Both the position numbers and the translations under genes were made by a program. A stretch of DNA of 11,198 nt from Thermotogota bacterium (GTDB lineage Bacteria > Thermotogota > Thermotogae > Petrotogales > Petrotogaceae), in contig JBNJGY010000055.1 in assembly GCA_051748045.1 (NCBI GenBank), positions 1 to 11,198 of the forward strand, written 5' to 3'. The number at the start of each line of letters is the position of its first letter. Positions within the stretch are counted from its first letter, which is position 1. Positions 1 to 8,012 of this stretch are shown in pieces. The notes under the pieces were generated by a model. It saw only the letters and a program-made list of their open reading frames with translations. It was not told the DNA's origin and did no database searches.

Positions 1-1155
1 TTCTTCGTTTGTTGGAACAACCATTAATTTAACTCTTGAGTCTTCAGTTGATACGATTTTTTCTTCACCTTTAAAATCATTAATTTCTTTATCAATTTTT
101 ACACCTAAATAGCTAAGGTAATTTTCTGCTATTTCTTCTCTCATTATAGGTGAATTTTCTCCAACGCCAGCAGTAAATACTATTGCATCTACACCGTTCA
201 TAGCAGCTGCATAAGCACCGATGTATTTTGCGATTCTGTATTCGTAAATATCAAAAGCCATCCTTGATACTTTTTCACCTTCTATAGCGTTATCTTCAAT
301 ATCTCTCATGTCAGAATATTTTTTTGTTACTCCCAACATACCAGATTTTTTATTCAAGATATTCAACATTTCTTTTGGAGTTATTTCTTCTTCTTTACAT
401 ATGAATTCTATTATAGCAGGATCCAAATCTCCACTTCTTGTTCCCATTGCTAGCCCTTCTAATGGTGTGAATCCCATTGATGTGTCAATAGATTTACCGT
501 TTTTAACTGCAGCTACAGAAGCACCATTTCCAATATGACAAGTGATAATTTTTAGATCTTCTGGTTTTTTACCTAAAACATCAGCTGTTCTTTTTGCAAC
601 GTATCTATGTGATGTTCCATGGAAACCATATCTTCTTACTTTATATTTTTCATAATATTCATATGGAATTGCATATAAATAAGATGTTTGTGGCATTGTT
701 TGGTGGAAGGAAGTATCAAAAACACCAACTTGATCGGCGTTTGGTAATAATTCCATAGATGCTTTTATTCCCATTACATTTGCTGGGTTGTGAAGTGGAG
801 CCAAGAAAGACATCAATTCAATAGTATCTAATACTTCTTTATTGATTCTAACAGAAGAAGCAAATCTCTCTCCACCGTGAACAACTCTGTGACCCACAGC
901 ATCAATTTCTTCTAATGATTCTAATACACCGTGATCTGAAGAAACTAATAAATCTAGTACCATTTTAAGACCTTTTTCATGGTCTGGTATATCATCTTCA
1001 ATTATATTTTTTTCTCCATTTACTTTGTGGACAATTCTTGAGCCATCAATACCTATTCTTTCAACTAATCCTTTAGCCAAAACATTTTCGTTTTCCATGT
1101 TCAATAATTGGTATTTGATTGAAGAGCTTCCTGAGTTTATAACTAATACTTTCAT
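1..1155 (-). CDS. ackA: Acetate kinase (3' end truncated by the window edge; absent from the ORF track)
   Basis: Manual translation of the reverse strand from ATG at 1155 gives MKVLVINSGSSSIKYQ...GHRVVHGGE...LAPLHNPAN...FDTSFHQTMP...YGFHGTSH...CHIGNGAS...DTSMGFTPLEG...FTAGVGENS...VVPTNEE, all canonical acetate kinase motifs. SD AGGAGG at 1163-1168. Confidence 0.97.
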   Translation of the reverse strand, partial: MKVLVINSGSSSIKYQLLNMENENVLAKGLVERIGIDGSRIVHKVNGEKNIIEDDIPDHEKGLKMVLDLLVSSDHGVLESLEEIDAVGHRVVHGGERFASSVRINKEVLDTIELMSFLAPLHNPANVMGIKASMELLPNADQVGVFDTSFHQTMPQTSYLYAIPYEYYEKYKVRRYGFHGTSHRYVAKRTADVLGKKPEDLKIITCHIGNGASVAAVKNGKSIDTSMGFTPLEGLAMGTRSGDLDPAIIEFICKEEEITPKEMLNILNKKSGMLGVTKKYSDMRDIEDNAIEGEKVSRMAFDIYEYRIAKYIGAYAAAMNGVDAIVFTAGVGENSPIMREEIAENYLSYLGVKIDKEINDFKGEEKIVSTEDSRVKLMVVPTNEE

Positions 1156-1185
1156 TTCAAAACCTCCTTAGATTTTTTTCAATAA

Positions 1186-1194
1186 AGTTTATCA
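1186..1194 (-). promoter_or_regulatory. Possible extended -10 element (TGATAAACT) for ackA
   Basis: TGnTAAACT lies downstream of the glyA terminator and about 30 nt upstream of the ackA start. No good -35 is present and the region is very AT-rich. Confidence 0.3.
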
Positions 1195-1231
1195 TATTTT
1201 TTTTAACTTAATTTTACTTATTAATGTTATT

Positions 1232-1266
1232 AAAAAGAAAAAGGGAGAATTTCTCCCTTTTTCTTT
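1232..1266 (-). terminator. Intrinsic terminator after glyA (symmetric, potentially bidirectional)
   Basis: Perfect inverted repeat AAAGAAAAAGGGAGAA-T-TTCTCCCTTTTTCTTT (1234-1266) with A/T tracts on both sides. It overlaps the glyA stop codon. Confidence 0.85.
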
Positions 1267-2536
1267 ATTTTAATAGTTCTTTATATAAAGGAAATTTTTT
1301 GGCTAAATCTTTTACTTCTGTAATTATTTCTTTCTGAATGATTTCGTCTATAGATCCTTCATCGTCTTTTACATTTTTAGCAACTTTTGCAATTAATTTT
1401 GCTATAGTTTTCATTTCTTCTTCTTTCATTCCCCTTGTAGTTAGTGCAGGTGTTCCGACTCTAATACCTGAAGTGACAAAAGGTGATCTTTGTTCTTTTG
1501 GTACTGTGTTTTTGTTAACTGTTATATGACATTTTTCAAGTCCTTTTTCCATAGCTTTTCCTGTAACGTCTAAATTGGTTAGATCTATCAATAACAGATG
1601 TGAATCAGTTCCTCCAGAAACAATTTGCATACCATTATTTTCTAATTCTTCGCCTAATGTTTTAGCATTCATTACAACTTGTTTTTGGTACATTTCAAAT
1701 TCTGGTTCTAAAGCTTCTTTGAAAGCAACAGCTTTTGCAGCTATTACATGTTCTAAAGGTCCACCCTGTATTCCAGGGAAGATGGCTTTATTTACAGCTT
1801 TGTATATTTCTTTATCATTAGTTAATATCATTCCACCTCTTGGTCCTCTCAATGTCTTATGAGTTGTAGTTGTTACGACATCAGCGTAATCTAAAGGATT
1901 AGGGTAGATTCCTGCAGCAACTAATCCAGCAAAATGAGCCATATCAACCATTAGTAAAGCATCTATTTCATCTGCGATTTCTCTGAATTTTTTGAAATCT
2001 ATTATTCTCGCATAAGCACTTCCACCAGCTACTATGATTTTTGGCTTGTTTTTTAATGCTACTTCTCTAACTTCGTCATAATCAATTATTCCTGTATCTT
2101 CATTAACACCATATGATACAACGTTGTATAAGTTTCCAGAGAAGTTAACTGGAGATCCGTGAGTTAAATGTCCACCGTGAGATAAAGACATTCCCATGAA
2201 TGTATCTCCTGGTTTAAGAAGAGCAAAATAAACTCCCATGTTAGCTTGAGAACCTGAATGTGGTTGAACGTTTGCATATTTTGCATTGAACAACTCTTTA
2301 GCTCTATTTCTTGCTAAGATTTCTCCTTTATCTACAACTTGACAACCACCATAATATCTTCTTTTTGGGTATCCTTCAGCATATTTGTTAGTTAAAACAC
2401 TTCCCATAGTTTCCATAACAGCTATAGATGTGAAGTTTTCTGAAGCTATAAGTTCTAATCCGAACTCTTGTCTTTCCAATTCTTCGTTGATGATATCATA
2501 AATTTCTGGGTCGGACTTTTTAACATTTTCCCACAT
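1265..2536 (-). CDS. glyA: Serine hydroxymethyltransferase
   Basis: Motifs [59 protein letters not shown] (PLP lysine), FPGIQGGP and SGIRVGTPA. The start is moved from GTG 2545 to ATG 2536 (MWENVK) because the SD AAGGGGTG at 2543-2550 lies 6 nt upstream of it. Confidence 0.98.
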   Translation of the reverse strand: MWENVKKSDPEIYDIINEELERQEFGLELIASENFTSIAVMETMGSVLTNKYAEGYPKRRYYGGCQVVDKGEILARNRAKELFNAKYANVQPHSGSQANMGVYFALLKPGDTFMGMSLSHGGHLTHGSPVNFSGNLYNVVSYGVNEDTGIIDYDEVREVALKNKPKIIVAGGSAYARIIDFKKFREIADEIDALLMVDMAHFAGLVAAGIYPNPLDYADVVTTTTHKTLRGPRGGMILTNDKEIYKAVNKAIFPGIQGGPLEHVIAAKAVAFKEALEPEFEMYQKQVVMNAKTLGEELENNGMQIVSGGTDSHLLLIDLTNLDVTGKAMEKGLEKCHITVNKNTVPKEQRSPFVTSGIRVGTPALTTRGMKEEEMKTIAKLIAKVAKNVKDDEGSIDEIIQKEIITEVKDLAKKFPLYKELLK

Positions 2537-2577
2537 GGTTTTCACCCCTTCTTATTTAATAAAATATATTCATTCAT

Positions 2578-2583
2578 ATTATA
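2578..2583 (-). promoter_or_regulatory. Possible -10 (TATAAT) of the glyA promoter
   Basis: Perfect TATAAT on the - strand about 40 nt upstream of the glyA start. The -35 at canonical spacing is weak (TTTTAT). Confidence 0.35.
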
Positions 2584-2623
2584 AACCAAAGGTTAAAAAA
2601 ATAAAACTACTCGATTAATGTGA

Positions 2624-2657
2624 ATATGAAATCTCTTTCATGAAATTTTTTTCATAT
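2624..2657. promoter_or_regulatory. Tandem palindromic candidate operator (two ATGAAA-N4-TTTCAT boxes)
   Basis: ATATGAAA-TCTC-TTTCATGAAA-TTTT-TTTCATAT: two 16-bp dyads (2626-2641 and 2640-2655) overlapping by 2 nt, in the divergent glyA/operon intergenic region. Confidence 0.5.
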
Positions 2658-2712
2658 CGCCTTTATTTAACCATAATCCTATTTAATTCCCCATATGTTA
2701 TCTCTATGGGTT

Positions 2713-2741
2713 TTGTGATTTAATGTAAATTTGACTATAAT
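2713..2741 (+). promoter_or_regulatory. Sigma70-type promoter of the aminotransferase-buk-ptb-vor operon
   Basis: -35 TTGTGA (2713-2718), 17-nt spacer, -10 TATAAT (2736-2741). SD AAGGAGGT precedes ATG 2785. Confidence 0.7.
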
Positions 2742-2784
2742 AAATATAGAAGGGAAAAATTATTCATAAGGAGGTAATTCTATA

Positions 2785-4020
2785 ATGAATTATGAATCAA
2801 AATTATCATGTGTGGCTCGTGGAATTAAATCAAGTATTATAAGAGAACTTTTGAAGGTAGCAAATGACCCAGGTATGATTAGTTTCGGAGGGGGAGTACC
2901 AGATCCTGATACATTCCCTAGACATAAAATGGCAGAAATTGCAAAAAACATTATTGAAAACGAATATAAATTCGTTCTTCAATATGGAACAACAGAAGGC
3001 GACCCTGAATTAAAACAGGGTTATATGGATTTACTAAAGAAATATGAAAATATCGATTGGTTAGAGTATGACAACATGGTTATAACTGTTGGTTCTCAAC
3101 AAGCATTGTATTTAGTTGGAATGACATTTTTAGATGAAGAATCTTATTGTGCTGTAAGTAGACCAATATACCTTGGAGCTGCTAGTGCATTTCTTCAAAG
3201 GAATCCAAAGTTTATAAATGTTCCTTTATTAAAGGATGGAATTGATCTTGATTATTTAGAAAGTGAATTGGAAAAATTAGAAAAAGAAGGAAATATAGAT
3301 AAATTCAAATTTACTTACGTAGTATCTAATTTCCATAACCCAGCTGGAGTTTCAATGAATTTGGAAAAAAGGCAAAGATTAGTTGAGTTATCAAAAAAAT
3401 ATGATTTCATAATCATAGAAGATGACCCATATGGTGCGCTTAGATTTGAAGGTGAAAAAGTAGATACAATATATTCAATGGCACCAGATAGAACGCTTTT
3501 ATTAAATACTTTTTCAAAAGTATTATCACCAGGACTGAGATTGGGAGTAGTAATTGGACCTACAGAACTTGTTAGAAGAGTTACAATGGTTAAACAAGCA
3601 GCTGATTTATGTACTCCATCACTAACTCAAAGATTAGCCGCTAAATTTATAAATGAAAATGATCTCATGGAAGAAATTAAGCCAACTATTGAATTATATG
3701 GCGAAAAGAAAGATTCTATGATGGAAGCTATGAAAAAACATCTAGGAGATATCTCTGGAATAGATTGGACATATCCTGAAGGTGGGTTATTCACATGGGT
3801 AACACTGCCAGAAGGTTTTGACACAATGGAAATGTTTGAAATTGCAAAAGAAGAAAAAGTTCTTTATATTCCTGGAGAAGCTTTTTATGTAGATGAACCA
3901 GATAGCAATACAATGAGAATATCTTTCTGTTTACCAACTCACAAAGAGATTGATGAAGGAATGGCTAGATTAAGAAGATCTATAGATAGATATGCCAAAG
4001 AAAAAGGTCTTGAATTATAG
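2785..4020 (+). CDS. PLP-dependent class I aminotransferase (LysN/ARO8-like; aromatic, branched-chain or 2-aminoadipate type)
   Basis: SSIIRELLK, ISFGGGVPDP, LQYGTTEG, GSQQAL, NFHNPAG, IEDDPYG, TFSKVLSPGLRLG (PLP lysine), PEGGLF and MRISF. There is no N-terminal HTH, so it is not a MocR regulator. Confidence 0.9.
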   Translation: MNYESKLSCVARGIKSSIIRELLKVANDPGMISFGGGVPDPDTFPRHKMAEIAKNIIENEYKFVLQYGTTEGDPELKQGYMDLLKKYENIDWLEYDNMVITVGSQQALYLVGMTFLDEESYCAVSRPIYLGAASAFLQRNPKFINVPLLKDGIDLDYLESELEKLEKEGNIDKFKFTYVVSNFHNPAGVSMNLEKRQRLVELSKKYDFIIIEDDPYGALRFEGEKVDTIYSMAPDRTLLLNTFSKVLSPGLRLGVVIGPTELVRRVTMVKQAADLCTPSLTQRLAAKFINENDLMEEIKPTIELYGEKKDSMMEAMKKHLGDISGIDWTYPEGGLFTWVTLPEGFDTMEMFEIAKEEKVLYIPGEAFYVDEPDSNTMRISFCLPTHKEIDEGMARLRRSIDRYAKEKGLEL

Positions 4021-4031
4021 GAGGTTTATTG

Positions 4032-5099
4032 ATGTACAAAATTCTGACAATTAATCCTGGATCAACCTCAACAAAAGTAGCACTTTTTGAAGATGGAAAT
4101 ATGATTGCTTCTGAAAATCTTGAGCATAAAACTGAGGAATTGAAAAAATATGATAACATAATGGATCAAATAGATTTCAGGAAAAAAGCAATTATAAATT
4201 TTATTAACAAAAACGGTGTTGGAATAAACGATTTACATGCCATATCTGCTAGAGGTGGAATTTTACCTCCTCTAAGAAGTGGTACTTATAAAGTAAATGA
4301 AGAAATGGTTCATTATTTACAATTTGAAGCAAAAGTTGAACACGCTTCTAATTTAGCAGCAGTAATAGGCTATCAAATTGCAGATAATTCTATACCAGTT
4401 TATATTACGGATCCTGTTTCAGTAGATGAATTTAAAGATGAAGCTAGAATATCTGGAAATTCAAAATTAGAGAGATATAGTCAATTGCATACCTTAAATA
4501 TGAAAATGGTTGCAAGAAGATCAGCTGAAGAAATTGGTAAAAATTATAATGATTCTAATTTTATTATAGTACACCTTGGTGGAGGTATATCAGTTGGTGC
4601 TCAAGAAAAAGGTAAAATAATTGACGTAAATAATGCGAATGATGAGGGTCCATTTAGCCCTGAAAGAAGTGGAGAGCTTCCTATGGGTGATGTTGCAAAA
4701 ATGGCCTTTTCTGGAAAATATAATTTTAAACAAATGAAAAAAAGATATATTGGTAACGGTGGATTGGTAGGATACTTAGGTACAAATGATCTTAGAGAGG
4801 CGCTTAAAAAAGCAGAAAATAATGACAAGGCTAAATTAGTAGTCGATGCTATGGCTTATCAGATATCAAAAGAAATAGGAGCTATGGCTACAGTGTTAAA
4901 AGGTGACATAGATGCTATAGTTATAACTGGAGGTCTTGCTAATTCTGAAAAATTTATATCAATGATAAAAGAAAGAGTATCTAAACTTGGATTAATTATG
5001 GTTTATCCTGGTTCATATGAAATGGAAGCATTATGTCAAGGTGCATTAAGAGCGTTGAATAATTTTGAAAAACCATTAGTTTGGAAAAAAGAGGTGTAA
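4032..5099 (+). CDS. buk: Butyrate kinase / branched-chain carboxylic acid kinase (paralog 1)
   Basis: INPGSTSTK, ARGG, EHASNL, DPVSVDE, HLGGGISV, GPFSPERSG, TGGLA and EMEAL. ATG 4032 is preferred over TTG 4029 given SD AGGAGGT at 4019-4025. Confidence 0.93.
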   Translation: MYKILTINPGSTSTKVALFEDGNMIASENLEHKTEELKKYDNIMDQIDFRKKAIINFINKNGVGINDLHAISARGGILPPLRSGTYKVNEEMVHYLQFEAKVEHASNLAAVIGYQIADNSIPVYITDPVSVDEFKDEARISGNSKLERYSQLHTLNMKMVARRSAEEIGKNYNDSNFIIVHLGGGISVGAQEKGKIIDVNNANDEGPFSPERSGELPMGDVAKMAFSGKYNFKQMKKRYIGNGGLVGYLGTNDLREALKKAENNDKAKLVVDAMAYQISKEIGAMATVLKGDIDAIVITGGLANSEKFISMIKERVSKLGLIMVYPGSYEMEALCQGALRALNNFEKPLVWKKEV

Positions 5100-5103
5100 T
5101 GAA

Positions 5104-6003
5104 ATGATTAAAAAGCTTAGAGAACTCATCGATTTAGCTTCAAAATTTGATAGAAAAAGAAAAGTAGCCGTAGCTGTTGCTGAAGATGACGTTGTTCTTC
5201 AAGCAATTAATGAAGCAGTAGACCTTAATGTATGTGAAGCTGTTCTTTTTGGTGATGAAAATAAGATTAAAGAAATTCTAAAAAATAAGAAAATTGATGA
5301 AAATAAATTTGAAATTAAAGGTTTTGATAATAAAAAAGATGCAATAAAGGCTGCTATAAAATCTGTATCTGATGGAGAAACAGATTTACCTATGAAAGGT
5401 AAGATTACAACAGGAGAATTATTATCAGTTTATCTTAAAGAAGAATATGGATTAAGACAAAAAGGTACTATGAATTTAGTAAGTGTTTTTGAGGTACCTA
5501 CTTACCCTAAACCAATAATAATGACAGACGGTGGAATGGTGATCGCGCCAACATTAGAACAAAAGGTAGATTCAATAAATAACGCAGTTGGAATTTCGCA
5601 TAAATTAGGATTAGAAAATCCAAAGGTAGCAGTTATTGGAGCGATAGAAAAAGTAAATCCTAAAATGCCAGCTACTTTAGATGCAGCTGTTTTAGTCCAA
5701 ATGAATAGAAGAAATCAAATAAAAGGTTGTTTAGTTGATGGTCCTTTTGCTATGGACAATGCTATCTCAAAAGAAGCAGCAAAACATAAAGGTATAATTA
5801 GTGAAGTTGCTGGAGATGCAGATATACTAATAATGCCAGATATAGAAGCTGGGAATATTTTTTATAAGTCTATGGTTTTTTTAGGTAATGCGAAAATAGC
5901 AAGTACCATTCTTGGAGGTAAAAAACCCGTAGTTTTAACTTCAAGAGCAGACTCAAACGAAGCTAAATTATTATCAATAGCCTTGTCAGTGGTTATGTCA
6001 TGA
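5104..6003 (+). CDS. ptb: Phosphate butyryltransferase (phosphate acyltransferase, PTA/PTB family)
   Basis: MKGKITT, TDGGMVIAP, PKVAVI, EKVNPKMPATLDA, DGPFAMDNAIS, VAGDADILIMPDIEAGNIFYK and PVVLTSRAD. It is 299 aa and sits between two buk genes. Confidence 0.93.
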   Translation: MIKKLRELIDLASKFDRKRKVAVAVAEDDVVLQAINEAVDLNVCEAVLFGDENKIKEILKNKKIDENKFEIKGFDNKKDAIKAAIKSVSDGETDLPMKGKITTGELLSVYLKEEYGLRQKGTMNLVSVFEVPTYPKPIIMTDGGMVIAPTLEQKVDSINNAVGISHKLGLENPKVAVIGAIEKVNPKMPATLDAAVLVQMNRRNQIKGCLVDGPFAMDNAISKEAAKHKGIISEVAGDADILIMPDIEAGNIFYKSMVFLGNAKIASTILGGKKPVVLTSRADSNEAKLLSIALSVVMS

Positions 6004-6015
6004 GGAGTGGTTTGA

Positions 6016-7083
6016 GTGTTTAAAATATTAGTAATTAATCCTGGATCAACATCATCTAAATTAGCTATTTATGAAGATGATCAAGAAATTTTAAATGAAA
6101 CAGTAAGACATTCATCTGAAGAAATTGGTGAATTTAATGATATACCTAGCCAATATGAGTTCAGAAAAAAAGTCATAGAAGAATTTTTAAATAAATCTGG
6201 ATATCCATTAAGTAGTTTTTCTGCTATTATCGGAAGAGGAGGCCTTCTAAGGCCTATACCTGGAGGCATTTACTCAGTAAATGAAGATATGATGAAAGAT
6301 TTAAAATCTTCAAAATATGGAGAGCATGCTTCAAACTTAGGTGGGTTAATCGCACATGAATTAGCTAGAAGTGTTGATATTGAAGCTTTTATAGCTGACC
6401 CTGTTGTTGTTGATGAAATGATGGATGTAGCTAGAATATCTGGACATCCTGACTTTGAAAGAAAATCAATTTTTCATGCACTCAATCAAAAAGCAATTGC
6501 TATGCAATTAGCTGATAAATTAAATAAAGATTATAAAGAATTGAATTTAATAATTGTTCATATGGGTGGAGGAATTTCTGTTGGAGCCCATAAAAAAGGA
6601 AAAGTTGTAGATGTAAATAATGCTTTAGATGGAGATGGACCATTTACTCCAGAAAGATCTGGAACTTTACCTTTAACAGGATTCATGAAATTATGTTTTT
6701 CAGGAGAATATGAATTAGCTGATGTGAAAAAAATTCTAAAAGGAAAAGGTGGATTAGTATCATATTTAGATACTAATGATGCCCAAGAAGTTCAAATTAT
6801 GGTAAAAGATGGAAATAAAAAAGCAGAAGTTGTTTACAAAGCATTAGCATTTCAAATAGCAAAATGGATAGGGAAAATGTCAACCGCCATGAACTTCGAA
6901 GTTGATGCAATAGCATTAACGGGTGGAGTTGCTTATGATCAAACTATGATGGATAAATGGATTAAAGAAAGAGTTGATTTTATCGCTCCCGTTTATGTTT
7001 TTCCAGGAGGCGATGAAGAAAGAGCACTAGCAATGTCTGCTTTTAGAGCATTAAAAGGTGAGCAGAACATAAAAACATACTGA
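6016..7083 (+). CDS. buk2: Butyrate kinase / branched-chain carboxylic acid kinase (paralog 2)
   Basis: GTG start with SD AGGAG overlapping the ptb stop. Motifs INPGSTSSK, GRGGLLRP, EHASNLG, SIFHALNQKA, HMGGGISV, NNALDGDGPFTPERSG and TGGVA. Confidence 0.93.
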   Translation: MFKILVINPGSTSSKLAIYEDDQEILNETVRHSSEEIGEFNDIPSQYEFRKKVIEEFLNKSGYPLSSFSAIIGRGGLLRPIPGGIYSVNEDMMKDLKSSKYGEHASNLGGLIAHELARSVDIEAFIADPVVVDEMMDVARISGHPDFERKSIFHALNQKAIAMQLADKLNKDYKELNLIIVHMGGGISVGAHKKGKVVDVNNALDGDGPFTPERSGTLPLTGFMKLCFSGEYELADVKKILKGKGGLVSYLDTNDAQEVQIMVKDGNKKAEVVYKALAFQIAKWIGKMSTAMNFEVDAIALTGGVAYDQTMMDKWIKERVDFIAPVYVFPGGDEERALAMSAFRALKGEQNIKTY

Positions 7084-7092
7084 GGTGTTTAG

Positions 7093-7761
7093 ATGATAGA
7101 AAAACATAAAGTTAATGTATTTATAGGGATGTTTGGATCTGGAAAGACAGAAATATCTATAAATACAGCCTTAAAGCTTAAAGATAAATATGATAATGTT
7201 GCTATTGCTGATATTGATACAATAAGTCCTTATTACAGGACTAGAGACGAAATAGATTATTTAACTAACGAAGGTATAAAAGTAATAACCCCACCAAGAC
7301 AATATATGCATGCAGATGTTCCTATTATACCACCAGCAGCTGGAGGGTATATTCAGAATCCAGATTATAAAATAGTATTAGATGTAGGTGGAAATGACGA
7401 TGGGGCAATTGTATTAGGTTCTTTAAATAATTTTCTTAAAAACTCAGATTCAGCAGTATATTTTGTTATAAATACTTTTAGACCTTTTACTGATGAAAAA
7501 AACAAAATAATTGGGCATATTGAAAGATTGTCTGCAAAAGCAAGATTAGATATTGATTATTTAGTTTCAAATGCAAATGTTATGAATGATACTACAAATG
7601 ATCACATCAAAAAAGGTGAAGAATTAGTAGAAGAGGTTTCAACAGAATTAAATATTCCAATAGCATTTACAGTAGTAGATGAAGAACAAAAAGAAAATAT
7701 AAATACAAAATATAAAAAATTTCCCATAAGAAGGTTTATGAAAAAAACATGGGACCTATAA
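7093..7761 (+). CDS. Uncharacterised P-loop NTPase (MinD/ParA/CobQ-like nucleotide-binding domain)
   Basis: Walker A GMFGSGKT near the N-terminus, ADIDTISPY (switch I-like), Walker B-like IVLDVGG and VINTFRP. Confidence 0.8.
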   Translation: MIEKHKVNVFIGMFGSGKTEISINTALKLKDKYDNVAIADIDTISPYYRTRDEIDYLTNEGIKVITPPRQYMHADVPIIPPAAGGYIQNPDYKIVLDVGGNDDGAIVLGSLNNFLKNSDSAVYFVINTFRPFTDEKNKIIGHIERLSAKARLDIDYLVSNANVMNDTTNDHIKKGEELVEEVSTELNIPIAFTVVDEEQKENINTKYKKFPIRRFMKKTWDL

Positions 7762-7773
7762 GGAGGGACAGAG

Positions 7774-7995
7774 ATGGAGCATAAAAATCTCGTTGAAATT
7801 GACCAAGAAAGATGTAAAGGTTGTGGATTGTGTATAGATGCTTGTCCAAAAAATGTTCTTGGTTTTTCAGAAGGATTCAACGCTAAAGGTTACCATCCAG
7901 CAGAAGTACAAAGACAGGATGATTGTATAGCATGTGGATTCTGTTATCAAATGTGTCCTGATGTGTGTATAGAAGTAAAAACTTTAGCAAAATAA
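7774..7995 (+). CDS. 2x[4Fe-4S] ferredoxin-like delta subunit of 2-oxoacid:ferredoxin oxidoreductase
   Basis: Two CxxCxxCxxxCP motifs (CKGCGLCIDACP and CIACGFCYQMCP). It lies directly upstream of the alpha subunit and has SD AGGAGG. Confidence 0.93.
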   Translation: MEHKNLVEIDQERCKGCGLCIDACPKNVLGFSEGFNAKGYHPAEVQRQDDCIACGFCYQMCPDVCIEVKTLAK

Positions 7996-8012
7996 TGAGG
8001 AGGGACATATAA

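Noticed and set aside
308-1862. Short + strand ORFs 308-538, 1338-1529 and 1575-1862
   Set aside because: Antisense shadows of ackA and glyA, with no recognisable motifs.
2713-2730. Rex-like half site TTGTGA at the operon promoter
   Set aside because: The right half (GTAAAT) does not match TCACAA, and TTGTGA is adequately explained as the -35 box.
2546-2784. Riboswitch or T-box leader (glycine, ZTP, THF) upstream of glyA or the aminotransferase
   Set aside because: The predicted leaders are only about 35 nt and AT-rich, with no recognisable aptamer, T-box motif or leader terminator.
2785-4020. MocR/GabR-type transcription regulator
   Set aside because: The 411-aa protein starts directly with the aminotransferase domain and has no N-terminal GntR winged HTH.
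7761-8007. 10-bp direct repeat AGGAGGGACA (7761-7770 and 7998-8007) flanking the ferredoxin subunit gene
   Set aside because: Both copies are the SD sequences of consecutive genes. Wobble complementarity to the candidate sRNA 3' end involves bases locked in its terminator stem. It is too short to argue for insertion or targeting.
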